A stretch of DNA of 64,000 nucleotides from Chamaesiphon sp. GTDB taxonomy: Bacteria > Cyanobacteriota > Cyanobacteriia > Cyanobacteriales > Chamaesiphonaceae. Below, one piece after another: positions 1-10,500 of this stretch. The translations under genes and the position numbers were made by a program. Within the stretch, counting starts at the first letter, position 1. Each line of letters starts with the position of its first letter. The notes beneath the pieces are model-generated. The model was given only the letters and a program-made list of their open reading frames with translations. It was not told the DNA's origin and did no database searches. The stretch covers positions 96,001 to 160,000 of the forward strand of contig CBDFFH010000027.1 in the NCBI GenBank assembly GCA_965246715.1, given 5' to 3'.

Positions 1-223
1 TTTGGAATAGAGTTTCAATATCAGTTAATTTGGACGTATCGCTTTGAATTGCGAGAACTTCTCCTAATTCAGAAATTTCCTGTTCTGCCTTAGTAAGCGA
101 TTCCGGCGATCGCCCTGAGATTACAACTTTGGCACCTTCTTGAGCAAAGAGTTTCGCTGTTGCTAGACCCATGCCACTACTGCCACCTGTAATCAGAGCA
201 ACCTTATTTTCTAGTCGAGCCAT
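1..223 (-). CDS. SDR family oxidoreductase (5' part; runs off the window edge)
   Basis: Manual translation from ATG at 223 gives MARLENKVALITGGSSGMGLATAKLFAQEGAKVVISGR, with the TGxxxGxG Rossmann motif. Confidence 0.85.
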   Translation of the reverse strand, partial: MARLENKVALITGGSSGMGLATAKLFAQEGAKVVISGRSPESLTKAEQEISELGEVLAIQSDTSKLTDIETLFQ

Positions 224-284
224 TTTATGTAGTCTCCGGTTTTATAGTTAAATTCGTTTTCGAGATCGGTTGGCAATCAAACAC

Positions 285-971
285 TCAACTGAGGTTTGAG
301 GCTTGTCGTCCGCCTAAACGTTGGGTTTGAGCGGGTGGTAAGGACTGGATAGAGATGGTTGCAGACGATCCCATCTGTTGCTGAATCATCAATAGGCGGA
401 TTAAGTCTCCCGTACCCTCGATTAACCGAGCGTGGCGCAACTCGCCACAATCGATCGGTTGGAAGCCAATCTCAGTCGCAAGCTGCATCACTGCTTGTTT
501 TGCCGATCCATCATCACCTGCCACAAACACCGAGACATTGTAATTTTTGAGCGGGTCTGGAGCCAGCTCGAACAATTCTTGTGCCATCGTGTTGAAGGCT
601 TTAACCACCCGTGCCTTGGGCACTTCAGCAGCAAGTTTCTCAGCTAGCGATCGCGTAATTGCCGGATACGCGAAGTTCTCTGGAATTTCCTGGTTATTAC
701 AATCGATGATAATTTTGCCATCGAGAATGTCGATCGACGAAAATACTTCAGCAGGGTTCACACCCCGCACCGCATACAATAACACCGCTCCAAACGCCGC
801 CGCTTCGTCATTTGAACCGCCTTGAGTCTGAGTCTTGTGACCTGCGCTCGCGGCTACTTCCTGACCTTTTTCAGGAGTGCGGGCACCAAAAAACACCTCA
901 TGTCCCTGCTCTGCCCAGAGAATGCCGAGCGAGCGTCCCATGTTGCCACTGCCAATAATGCCAATTTTCAT
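285..971 (-). CDS. NADPH-dependent F420 reductase-like / dinucleotide-binding oxidoreductase
   Basis: 228 aa; MKIGIIGSGNMG, DCNN and VVKAFNT motifs. Confidence 0.85.
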   Translation of the reverse strand: MKIGIIGSGNMGRSLGILWAEQGHEVFFGARTPEKGQEVAASAGHKTQTQGGSNDEAAAFGAVLLYAVRGVNPAEVFSSIDILDGKIIIDCNNQEIPENFAYPAITRSLAEKLAAEVPKARVVKAFNTMAQELFELAPDPLKNYNVSVFVAGDDGSAKQAVMQLATEIGFQPIDCGELRHARLIEGTGDLIRLLMIQQQMGSSATISIQSLPPAQTQRLGGRQASNLS

Positions 972-1026
972 TGTTTAATGCTCATAGTTTTGGTTATTAG
1001 CGTTATGTTCACTTTCACAACTTCTC

Positions 1027-1737
1027 TCAATAAGAAATCTCTTGGCGATCGCGGAAAAACTTCCCACTCAAGTCAGGCGAAGCCTCCGTTGCCAGCCAGA
1101 TCGCCGTATCGGCTCCCTGCTCTGGCGATCGATCCGCCGACGCACCACCCATATCCGTCCGCACCCAGCCAGGGCACATCGCATACACGGCAATGCCTTG
1201 GGTTTTTAGGGCTGTTGCTAGCATGATGGTTGCGCCATTGAGCGCGAGTTTTGATAAGCAATAGCTGGGGACATCGGCTGATAATCCATCTAGTGCTCCA
1301 TAGCCGCTAGAAACATTGATTACCCGACTAGCCGCAGCTTTTGCTAAGAGTGGCGAGAATGCTTGGGTCGTCCGAATCGCCCCAAAAGCATTAGTATTCA
1401 TTGCCTGAGCTAACAAATCGCGATCGATGTTCAGGATATTTACACCCTTGTCGGGGTAGATACCTGCGTTGTTGATTAAGACATCGAGCTGCTCGAATTC
1501 TTGGCGATAAGCAGTGACAGCGCGATCGATCGAGTCGTCATCAGCTACGTCTAAAATCAGGGGATGTACCCGATCGGATTTTAGTTGAGCGATGGCAAAG
1601 TTGGCTTTGTCAAGCGATCTGGCTGCCAAAGTCACCTCAAATCCAGCTTTGAGTAAACCTTGACAAATTGCAAACCCGATTCCCTTATTGCCGCCTGTGA
1701 CTAAAGCGCGTTTATTGCGCTGAGGATTCACGTTCAT
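1027..1737 (-). CDS. SDR family (carbonyl reductase-like) oxidoreductase
   Basis: TGGNKGIG, NNAG, YCLSK and CPGWVRTDMGG motifs. Confidence 0.9.
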   Translation of the reverse strand: MNVNPQRNKRALVTGGNKGIGFAICQGLLKAGFEVTLAARSLDKANFAIAQLKSDRVHPLILDVADDDSIDRAVTAYRQEFEQLDVLINNAGIYPDKGVNILNIDRDLLAQAMNTNAFGAIRTTQAFSPLLAKAAASRVINVSSGYGALDGLSADVPSYCLSKLALNGATIMLATALKTQGIAVYAMCPGWVRTDMGGASADRSPEQGADTAIWLATEASPDLSGKFFRDRQEISY

Positions 1738-1862
1738 TTAGCAAGCCTCCTATGGTGGAACGGAGTGGACCGATTATTCCGCGTAGCGATTATGTATTAT
1801 TAGCAGCGATTTCAACCGCTAACTATTCACAAGGTGCGGAATGTAGATGTGAAGTTTGTAAC

Positions 1863-2270
1863 TTAACTCAAAAATTGTTCGAGTTCGATGAGATTGCCAT
1901 CTGGATCGCGAAAACAGGCAGTAATGAACCCGCCTGCTAGCCCTTCCTCTGGGTGTTGCCAAGGACTACTGACGATCGCCACTCCTTTGGCTTTCAACTG
2001 AGAGATTGCTTCATCCAGATCGGGCACGGCAAAAGTCAAAACGATCTTGGCATCATGAGGATCGTAAGTTACGGTCTCAATCGAGTCCATAAAGTCTTTC
2101 AACCGCGCTCGATTGAGAATCGTAATTTTAATTGCGCCGACATCAAATTCGGTATATTCTTCGGCATCGTTAGCTGAGGAAATCTTTAAGCCTAAAACGT
2201 TTTGGTAGAACAGCTTGCAGGCTGCATAGTCTCGAACATTCAAGCGAGTGTAAACATAGTCAAGATTCAT
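1863..2270 (-). CDS. VOC/glyoxalase family protein
   Basis: 135 aa ending FRDPDGNLIELEQ; paralog of 38250-38657. Confidence 0.85.
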   Translation of the reverse strand: MNLDYVYTRLNVRDYAACKLFYQNVLGLKISSANDAEEYTEFDVGAIKITILNRARLKDFMDSIETVTYDPHDAKIVLTFAVPDLDEAISQLKAKGVAIVSSPWQHPEEGLAGGFITACFRDPDGNLIELEQFLS

Positions 2271-2369
2271 CTGTTTCCTCTAAATTGAGTGGATTGAGAC
2301 TGGCTGCTAGCGATCGCGAGTCTTTGTGACAAGGCGGGGATTGTGTTCTCATCAATGACATTCGGAGAG

Positions 2370-2579
2370 CTATGTAGGATCTACTAGTTGTTTGAGGTGT
2401 AAATAAGCCTCTTCAGGCGAGAGTGAATTCGTGGTTTCATCGGGGATATAAAACTCCCAGCTATCTCGAAAGTGCCGCACGACAAAGCTAGGAATCAATC
2501 CCAGCGTCAGTGCCATGCGTCCCAAGTTTTCGGCTTGGGTTGCTAAGGTAATTTCATCAGTGAAATGTGGATGATTCAT
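2370..2579 (-). CDS. small hypothetical protein
   Basis: 69-aa ORF co-oriented with its neighbours. Confidence 0.55.
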   Translation of the reverse strand: MNHPHFTDEITLATQAENLGRMALTLGLIPSFVVRHFRDSWEFYIPDETTNSLSPEEAYLHLKQLVDPT

Positions 2580-2711
2580 TTAGATTTTCTGTGCATAATT
2601 CTGTTTTCTTTCCGAGCAACCGAACCGACATATCTGTCGTCTCATCAATGAATGAAACTCCGGTTAAGGCTGCTCTAGTTTCGCCGCGATCGACCCAATC
2701 TATATATCTGT

Positions 2712-3341
2712 TTACACAAGCTGCTTCAGTAGAGCTTCCGCTGCGGCGATCGGCAGGTTCTGGTTATAAAGTGGCGCACCTGGCTCAAAGATCTTGCCAC
2801 TGCTCAGATCGCCAAGATCTTGAGGCACAAAGCCAATGTCTTCGATTAGTTGTTTAACCGTTTGTTTTGCCTGCACATCATCGCCACATACCTGTACCGC
2901 GATGCGTCGATCGCCGTCACGAAACGCCTTCTCTGCCAATACTTTGTAGTAGATAGAATTGAATGCCTTAATCGTGTGAGTGCCTGGAAACTGACTGGCA
3001 ACATAGCCCGTCGCTGTTTGCGATTTATCCTCGATCGCCTGTTGAGCCACAGCCCCATCTCGCTGCAGATAGGGATTTGTCGCATCAATCAAAATCTTGT
3101 TGTCCAATCGTCCGATCTGCTGCGCTAAGTCAGGAATTTTGCCAAACGGAATGGCTAGTAAAATCACTTCGCCAAAGGTAGCCGCTTCCCGAACAGATCC
3201 CGTCCGAGCACCCACCGCTGCTGCCATCGGCTTTAGCTCTTCCGGGTTTCTAGAGCTAAACATTACCTCGTGTCCCGCTTTCATCCAGTGTTGCCCTAGC
3301 GTTCCCCCAATGTTGCCCGATCCGATTATTCCAATTTTCAT
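2712..3341 (-). CDS. NADPH-dependent F420 reductase-like oxidoreductase
   Basis: MKIGIIGSGNIG, DATNP and IKAFNS motifs. Confidence 0.85.
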   Translation of the reverse strand: MKIGIIGSGNIGGTLGQHWMKAGHEVMFSSRNPEELKPMAAAVGARTGSVREAATFGEVILLAIPFGKIPDLAQQIGRLDNKILIDATNPYLQRDGAVAQQAIEDKSQTATGYVASQFPGTHTIKAFNSIYYKVLAEKAFRDGDRRIAVQVCGDDVQAKQTVKQLIEDIGFVPQDLGDLSSGKIFEPGAPLYNQNLPIAAAEALLKQLV

Positions 3342-3394
3342 AGAACCTGCTTCCTTTAATTGACTTGAAGTGCGATCTTAGTTCCGGCAATGAG

Positions 3395-3940
3395 TTAAGT
3401 TGACCGATCGTTGCTAACCTGTAACAGAGCCATCGTCAACGCCTTCAGGTTTTGGGTTCCCTGATGACGAACGCTTATGAAAGAGGTAGGTGTCTCCTCT
3501 ACCCCACAACGATGACCACTTTCAATATCTACCTGTATCCGATCGACATAAACCCGTGTCGCCAACGCTCGCAGAAAGCGCGGCATATCGAGGTGGATGG
3601 CATCTGCATACTCCACCAAATCGGCATCCTCCAATGCCTGTTGATGGGCAAATAGAATGTCGTGCATCAACCAAAACTTCCCCTGGGCGTTGGCAGCTTC
3701 GGCGGCTTCGGCGGCTCTGTGCGCTTGAGGATGTTGAGGCGATGGAAAGTGGCGAAACACGAAGCACAACTGTGCTCCTAGTTGGTGCTGAAGCTCTCGC
3801 ACGATCGGATGTGCCTGACCGCACTGAGGACAGTGATAATCACAGTATTCCGTGAGCACGATCGACGCATCCGTCGAACCTTGAATACGATCGTCTTCTC
3901 CCAGTGGGGGAGTGAAAGCCTGACCGTCTTCTGGATACAT
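3395..3940 (-). CDS. DsbA/thioredoxin-fold protein
   Basis: EYCDYHCPQC (CxxC), FVFRHFP and QGKFWLMHD motifs. Confidence 0.85.
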   Translation of the reverse strand: MYPEDGQAFTPPLGEDDRIQGSTDASIVLTEYCDYHCPQCGQAHPIVRELQHQLGAQLCFVFRHFPSPQHPQAHRAAEAAEAANAQGKFWLMHDILFAHQQALEDADLVEYADAIHLDMPRFLRALATRVYVDRIQVDIESGHRCGVEETPTSFISVRHQGTQNLKALTMALLQVSNDRST

Positions 3941-4239
3941 GAGCGACCTATAATGGTACCGATCTCACTATATGATGCCGAAGGCTGGCTGTCGCCCCCT
4001 TTAAGCTCAGTAAAATTTCGCAAAATCGCCAGCGAATTACTGTCGCACGGACAGGAAAAGACCCGAACTTTTGGCTAGGTTTAAGACCGATTAAAGCCAG
4101 CCTGAATTATTCAATAACTAATGAAATGTAGATCCTAACTGCACCTTGCAAACACAGACTATTTTTAACGTCGATGCTCTAACTCTTTTCCTGCAAGGAT
4201 TTTGGCGATTTCTAGCAATCTTCATGAACAATGTAGAAG

Positions 4240-4352
4240 ATAATATATAGAGTGTATTGATGACACATCGGGCTTTGGGCCGATATTTTTGGCGGAGATC
4301 GCCCTCTATTTCAGGGATAGACGGAAATCCATATAATAAACAGTTAGCTGGA
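4240..4352 (+). other. attI-like integron site, copy A
   Basis: Homologous to 5614-5730; ends GACGGAAATCCATATAATAAACA-GTTAGCTGGA with the core at 4343. Confidence 0.6.
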
Positions 4353-4405
4353 AAAACTCGGTGCTGCATCATGGATGCAAACCTTTATCCAAGTCGCAAC
4401 AATCT

Positions 4406-5275
4406 ATGACTGACCGAAATCAATATTTGTTGGAATTAGCCAAACGCAATGCCGTAGCTTACATTGCTAATCCGAAAGCGAAAGCTGCAATGGTTACGGG
4501 TTCAGTTGCAGAAGGGCTATGCGATGAATATTCCGATTGCGAGATAATCTTTTCCTACGACGAGTTACCGTCTGAAGAAGAGTTGCGCCTAGCGCGGCAG
4601 CAAAATCAGGGTTCAGAGCCTCTCTGGAGTTTAGGCAATTTACAAGAGGGTTCATTTGGTGAAAGTTACCTTGTGAACGGGGTTGAATTTCAGATCGGTC
4701 ACGAGACGATCGCCAACTGGGAAAAGGAGATTGCGACTATTTTGGAGGAGTTCGACCTTTCTCCAATGATGAAAGCGATGACCGGAACCCTAATCGGTGT
4801 TCCCTTGTACGGCGAGCCGCTAATTCAGCAGTGGAAAGCTAAAATTGCAAATTATCCAGATGGACTCGCACAAAAAATGGTCGAGCATTATCTCAAATTT
4901 GTCCCAATTTGGGGAATGCAGGAGAAGCTGGCTAGACGAGATACAACGCTGTGGTATCATCAAATTCTGGTTGAGTCCGCTCAAAACATTCTAGGTGTAT
5001 TATCTGGTCTGAATCACTTATATTATTCAACGTTTCAATTCAAGCGAATGAGCAGATTTATCGAACAGATGGAGGTTGCGCCTGAATATCTCGATGAACG
5101 TCTCGAAAGTTTGTTTCATGATGAAGCCCCTGTCGCTGTCGATCGGCTTGAAGTGTTAGTTCGAGAAACTATCAAGCTCGTCGAGATTGAGATGCCTCAA
5201 GTAGATACTTCCTCAGCAAAACGGAAAATAGGATGGAGGCAGCAGCCGTGGAAACTCAGCGAGTCGAATTGGTGA
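4406..5275 (+). CDS. nucleotidyltransferase-fold protein (DUF4037-like), putative gene cassette
   Basis: GSVAEGLCDEYSDCE resembles the NTase GS..DxD motif; flanked by GTTAGCTGGA (4343) and its exact complement TCCAGCTAAC (5281). Confidence 0.7.
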   Translation: MTDRNQYLLELAKRNAVAYIANPKAKAAMVTGSVAEGLCDEYSDCEIIFSYDELPSEEELRLARQQNQGSEPLWSLGNLQEGSFGESYLVNGVEFQIGHETIANWEKEIATILEEFDLSPMMKAMTGTLIGVPLYGEPLIQQWKAKIANYPDGLAQKMVEHYLKFVPIWGMQEKLARRDTTLWYHQILVESAQNILGVLSGLNHLYYSTFQFKRMSRFIEQMEVAPEYLDERLESLFHDEAPVAVDRLEVLVRETIKLVEIEMPQVDTSSAKRKIGWRQQPWKLSESNW

Positions 5276-5359
5276 GGCATTCCAGCTAACCGTTATAACG
5301 CCTCACCCCAGAATATTTGCTAACCTTAATAGAGAATGTCAAAACAGGAGAGTGGTAAG

Positions 5360-5545
5360 GAGTAATAAATTCTTCTATCTCCTTGCTACCAATCTGTTGG
5401 GGATGTCGCTTGTTACGATCGAGGATATATCTGATAATCCAATTTACATAACTTTGCTCGGTCTTGGATAAGTATTGCTTGACTCGGATCGCGTCTCTAA
5501 CTCTGTCCACGAGCTTTTTTAGTGAGGGCTTCTGTCGCCACAATT
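5360..5545 (-). pseudogene. intI: integron integrase N-terminal (SAM-like) fragment
   Basis: KKLVDRVRDAIRVKQYLSKTEQSYVNWIIRYILDRNKRHPQQIGSKEIEEFIT matches the IntI N-terminus; no catalytic domain follows; divergent from the attI-like site. Confidence 0.8.
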
Positions 5546-5730
5546 TTAGTTCCAGATAATATCCTGATTTGGGGGGATATCTAGAAAGTTTCTGAATATC
5601 GCGCTGATTTAGGATAATATACAGAATGTATTGATGACGCATGGGGCTTTCAGCCGACATTTTTCTGTATATCAACCCAATTTCTAGAGAGTAGACGGAA
5701 AGTTTCCGTATAATAAATAGTTAGGCAGCT
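5546..5730 (+). other. attI-like integron site, copy B
   Basis: Lies directly upstream of the intI fragment; ends GACGGAAAGTTTCCGTATAATAAATA-GTTAGGC with GTTRRRY at 5720-5726. Confidence 0.7.
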
Positions 5731-5852
5731 TAATTTTTCGGTGAGGACATCGTTGAGAGATTGCCTGTTAGCATTTGAAACGAAAGCCGTCTTGAGAAAA
5801 TCGGTAAAGCCGTAAAATTGAGGTTAAGCGTTACAAGTTTGGCAAAGTCCAG

Positions 5853-6683
5853 ATGAATACCGAGCAACTACAAGATCGATATGTCAAAGTCGGTTCAATT
5901 AATACCCGATATTGGCAAGCTGGTGATTCAGGCAACACGGTCATCTTGCTTCATGGGGGTGGCGGCTACATTGAGTTGTGGAAGCACAACATCTTTGAAT
6001 TAGCCAAGCATCACCGCATTTATGCGTTTGATATGGTGGGTGCAGGTCGATCCGATAAACCGGATGCTGATTACACCTTTGACTTTATGGCGCAGTTCAC
6101 GCGGGATTTCATGAAGGCTTTAGATATCTCTAAAGCGAGTTTGATTGGAACTTCTGCGGGTGGTGGGGTGGCACTCACCGTTGCGCTGAACTTTCCAAAG
6201 TTAGTCGATCGCCTTGTTCTGGTTGGCAGTGCTGGTTTAGGTAAAGAAATCAATTTTCTGCTGCGGGTCACAACGCTTCCGGGTTTAGGCAAATTATTTA
6301 GTTCACCAAGTAAATCGGGTGTGGCAATGTTGTGTAAACAGGCAGTCTACGACCCAGCTCTCATTACTGACGAGATCGTCGAGGAATTCTATCAAATGGC
6401 GACGCTTCTTGGCTCGTCAGAAGCAACATTAAACGTCGGTCGTTCCAATTTCAATATCTGGGGACAATTTCACCAGTCGATTACTGAAAGATTAGGGACT
6501 ATTGCGGCTCCGACCCTAATTGTTTGGGGTAGACAAGATCCGATGGTTCCTGTAACCCATGCTCAGAGTGCTACTAAAATCATTCCGAATGCTCGGTTGG
6601 AAATTATTGAAGAGTGTGGTCACTGGAGTTCGATCGAGCATCCTCAAAAATTCAATCAGTTAGTTTTAGAGTTTATGTCATGA
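5853..6683 (+). CDS. alpha/beta fold hydrolase, putative gene cassette
   Basis: LLHGGGG, GTSAGG nucleophile elbow and CGHW motifs; followed by an attC site. Confidence 0.9.
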   Translation: MNTEQLQDRYVKVGSINTRYWQAGDSGNTVILLHGGGGYIELWKHNIFELAKHHRIYAFDMVGAGRSDKPDADYTFDFMAQFTRDFMKALDISKASLIGTSAGGGVALTVALNFPKLVDRLVLVGSAGLGKEINFLLRVTTLPGLGKLFSSPSKSGVAMLCKQAVYDPALITDEIVEEFYQMATLLGSSEATLNVGRSNFNIWGQFHQSITERLGTIAAPTLIVWGRQDPMVPVTHAQSATKIIPNARLEIIEECGHWSSIEHPQKFNQLVLEFMS

Positions 6684-6710
6684 TTTTGGGTTGGTCGCTA
6701 GTTGCCAGCC

Positions 6711-6796
6711 ACCTAACACGTCATGGCAGCGGACGGACGACAGCCGCTGGTGATGATTTCAAGGTTACTTGCCGCCGCTGCATTTTGCCGTTATTT
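6711..6796 (+). other. attC recombination site (86 bp)
   Basis: R'' ACCTAAC, inner arms ATGgCAGCGGaCGG / CCGCCGCTGCAT with two unpaired bases, R' GTTATTT. Confidence 0.75.
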
Positions 6797-6833
6797 CGAT
6801 CGAACCCGATCGGTTCAAAACATTGGGCTGGGT

Positions 6834-7475
6834 TTAAGACCGATCGCTCAGGTGAACCAACCCGCGTCGCAAGGCTGTGACTACAGCTTGAGTCCGATCG
6901 CTCGCGTTCAACTTGCTCAAAATATTGTTGATATGAAACTTGACGGTGCTGGCGGTAATCCCCGACTCAGTACCAATTTCCTGATTGCTTTTGCCGACTG
7001 CCAGCAATTGCAACACCTGCCGTTCGCGATCGGTCAGTTCTGAGGTATTCAAACGCTCGAACAGCTTCACGCCCACAGCCGAGGGCAGGCGTTGCTCTCC
7101 CGCATGAACGGCGCGGATCGTAGCGATAATTTCATCACAGTCCGTATCTTTGAGCAGATAAGCCATCGCTCCGGCTCGGAGTCCTTGATAGATGTCTTCG
7201 TCGCCGTCGTAGGTGGTGAGTACGATTAGACGAGCATCGACAAACTCGGCACGAATGGCAGCAATTGTCTTTGCTCCATTTAACTGGGGCATCTGCAAAT
7301 CGATCAGCGCGACATCGGGTTGATGTTGCCGAAATAAGGCGACCGCTTCATTCCCATTGCCTGCTTCGGCAATGACTGTCATATCGTCCTCGTTATCCAA
7401 AATCAGTGCCAGCCCTTTCCGTAAGGGTGGATGGTCGTCAGCTAGCAGGATGCGAATCGGTTGAGTGGCAGTCAT
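6834..7475 (-). CDS. NarL/LuxR family response regulator
   Basis: LLADDH and IDLQMP receiver motifs; LTDRERQVL...SNQEI HTH. Confidence 0.95.
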   Translation of the reverse strand: MTATQPIRILLADDHPPLRKGLALILDNEDDMTVIAEAGNGNEAVALFRQHQPDVALIDLQMPQLNGAKTIAAIRAEFVDARLIVLTTYDGDEDIYQGLRAGAMAYLLKDTDCDEIIATIRAVHAGEQRLPSAVGVKLFERLNTSELTDRERQVLQLLAVGKSNQEIGTESGITASTVKFHINNILSKLNASDRTQAVVTALRRGLVHLSDRS

Positions 7476-7502
7476 GATAGAATCTCTTGCTGAAAAATTA
7501 GC

Positions 7503-10500
7503 TTAATCCCTTTCCTGTTCTGGCTGAATTGGCACCGTCACCTTTACCTCAGTGCCATGTCCGATCTGGCTATCGATCGCGAATTTGCCGCCGAGTCGAT
7601 CGCTGCGCTGCTGCATTCCAATCAAACCAAAACCACTACTGAGTTGTTGGGGGTCAAATCCCGCTCCATTATCCTGAATTTGCAGTTGAATCCGATCGGG
7701 CGCGTAGGTGAGAGTCAGGATTGTTTGGGCAGAAGCGTGGCGAAGGGCGTTGGTGAGTGCCTCTTGTCCGATTCGGAGCAGATTCATCCCGACATCGGGT
7801 GGCAGGGTGTAAGGCGTACCGACAATTACCACCTCCACTTGAATCGAGGTTTCGATCGTCTGCTGGGCGGCCAGACGCTGGAGAGTCGTCGCGAGCTGGC
7901 GGTAGTCTTCGGCTTCGGGCTGCAATGCCCAGACCGATCGTCGGGCTTCTGCCAGACCTGTTTTTGCTAGATCTTGGGCAAGCGTAATGCAGGCTTGAGC
8001 TTGCTCTGGATTGCGGGCGAGCAGACGGAGCGCGGCTTCTAGCTGCATCTGAATACTGGTAAAGGATTGGGCAAGAGTGTCATGAATCTCGCGGGCCATG
8101 CGGTTGCGTTCTTCACCGATCGCGGCTTGTTTACCCTGCTCGGCTAGGCGGGTGAGTTGGATCGCCAGTGCTGCCTGATGGGTGAGGACTCGGACTAACG
8201 TCAAATCTTCGGACTTATATTCTTGGTGTTGGGTGCAGCGGAGGATAATGCTGCCCAGCAAGGTTTCCCCAAAAAACAGGGCAGCTACCAGGATCGTTTT
8301 GATGCCGTGCTGCTGGTTATGGGTGTAGTAAGCTTCATAAGCTGGATTGTTGGCAAACTGCTGGAGATCCTGAATCAGCATCTTTTGTTGCCGCAGCACT
8401 TGCAGATACTCGGTATTCCACTGCCGCAGAAAGTTACGATCCCTGCCCAAATGAGGGATTTGGCTCCCCTGCTGAATCTGTCCATCCTCATAGTTGAGGT
8501 GCAACAGAGTCGTGTTTTGAGATTCGTCATACAGCCAAATGCTGCCAGCGTGTCCGCCCAACTGCTCGACGATCTCTCGTAGCACGATGCCTAGAAAGTT
8601 GTCTAAGACAGGAGCGGCAGCTAAGGCAGTTAACATGCCGACTAATGCCTCAGCTTGTCCTTGCATCGAGCGTTCGGCGCGCTGACGTTCCATTGCTTCT
8701 ACGTGTAAGGAATCATTCACCGTTGACAGTTCTGCGGCGCGTTCTAGTGCAACTTCTTCCCGCTCTAACAACACTTGTCGCTCTGCTTCCTCATGCTCTC
8801 GGTTGCGACGTTGACGCTCGATCGCACTGCCAAGACAGTTAGCCACTGTCCGTAATCCCGCCATTTCTGCTGGCGTGCGGTGCTTGGCCTCTCGACAGTC
8901 ATCAAACGCCAGAATCCCCCACCACTGCTCATTCACCCAAATCGGCACGACATACAGGGACTTCACTCCCAGAGCTTGGAACGCCGCATGTAGCGATCGA
9001 TCCCACTCTTCTAGCAATCCGCCGAATCCATTTGTTTGCAGAAATCCCTCGAAGAAGCCTTCCATCTGTCCGCGCGTATCGACTTGTCGAGTGTGCGAGA
9101 GTTGCCTAACCGTGCCAGGACTCGTCCATTCGTAGAGCAGGTTGTGATAGCGCGAGAATGGGCGAGAGGCATCATCAAATAGGCTTTCTAGCACTTTCGT
9201 CCGATCGGTCTCCAGACTCTCACCCAGAATTTGTAGTGCGGTGTTAACGGCGCGATCGAAATTCTCGATCGTTAGCAAGGCATCTGTAGCTTGAGCCGTC
9301 GCTTCTAGAATGCGGTAGCTGCGCTGCAATTCGTAACTGCGCTCTCTCAATACTTCATTCACTCGTTCCAATTCGGCGGCGCGTTCTTGTTCGGCCCCAC
9401 GTTCTACAATCAATAGATCGACTAATTGCTGACGGTGCAGTGCTGCCCCAATACTCTCAGCCGCCGTAGTCAGGACATCGATCTCCTGCTGGCTCCAGTG
9501 ACGAGCACTCACACAATCATCAAAACTGACACAGCCAACGTAACGTCCTTCAATGAAGATCGGTACCACACCCGTTGATTGAATGTCCAGCTTTTCAAAC
9601 TGAGAGCGTGTCACCGCTGGCAACTCGTCGATCGTATACCAGATGGAACGACCCGTATGAAGGGGTTGAATCAAGACCTGAAAACCCTCGTTGTCTATCG
9701 CCATCATGCCAACCGCTGCATGATCCGAAATCTCTGGAGCCGTCCACTCCTGCTCGACGTAGTGGGTTAGTCGTTGCGTTCCTGGAGCTTGACGTTCGAG
9801 AATCAGCATTACCCGGCTCATGTTTGCCACGTTCCCAACTGCCTGTAAAGCGGCGAGAATCGCAGTATTGACATCCTCAGCTTCTAACAGATCTTTGGCG
9901 ATTTGAGCAACGACTGAGAGTAAGCGGTAGCTTTGCTGCCCATCATGGGTAAGCTGTTGCAATTCCTCAACAAATTCCTGTTCGGCGCGGTGAGTCGCTT
10001 GCTGGGCGCGTTGACGCTCAATCTCACTGCCAATACAATCAGCCGCAATCTTCAACACCGCTAGTTCTGCCAGACTGCGATGTTTTGCCGCTCGACAGTC
10101 ATCGAACCCAATCGCGCCCCAATACTGACGCTCCACAAAAATGGGAACAAAGTGTAGTGCTTTCAAACCGAGTGCTGCCTGTCCACTCCGAAACGGCTCT
10201 GGCATATTTTCCAGCAGACAGCTAACGCCTTGCCCTTGACTCAAACCTGCATACCACTCCTCAATTCCCTCATAACTCCCCTGAGCTAGATCGGGATGCG
10301 CGATCTGTGGGATCGCATGAGGCGAAGTCCATTCGTAGAGCAGTCGCCACCAGACGGATGAGGAGTCAGAAGGGTTGTCAAAATTCTCGATTACTCCCAC
10401 GCGATCGGTATCTAATGCTTCCCCCATGACTTGTAGCGCGGCATTCACTGCCACATCTAGCGGCGCGATCGTCAGCAAGGCATTGGCAACCCTTGCGGTA

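Noticed and set aside
5286..5675. 129-aa ORF as a functional integrase
   Set aside because: Only about 60 aa match the IntI N-terminus. The rest is translated attI DNA, and there are no catalytic residues.
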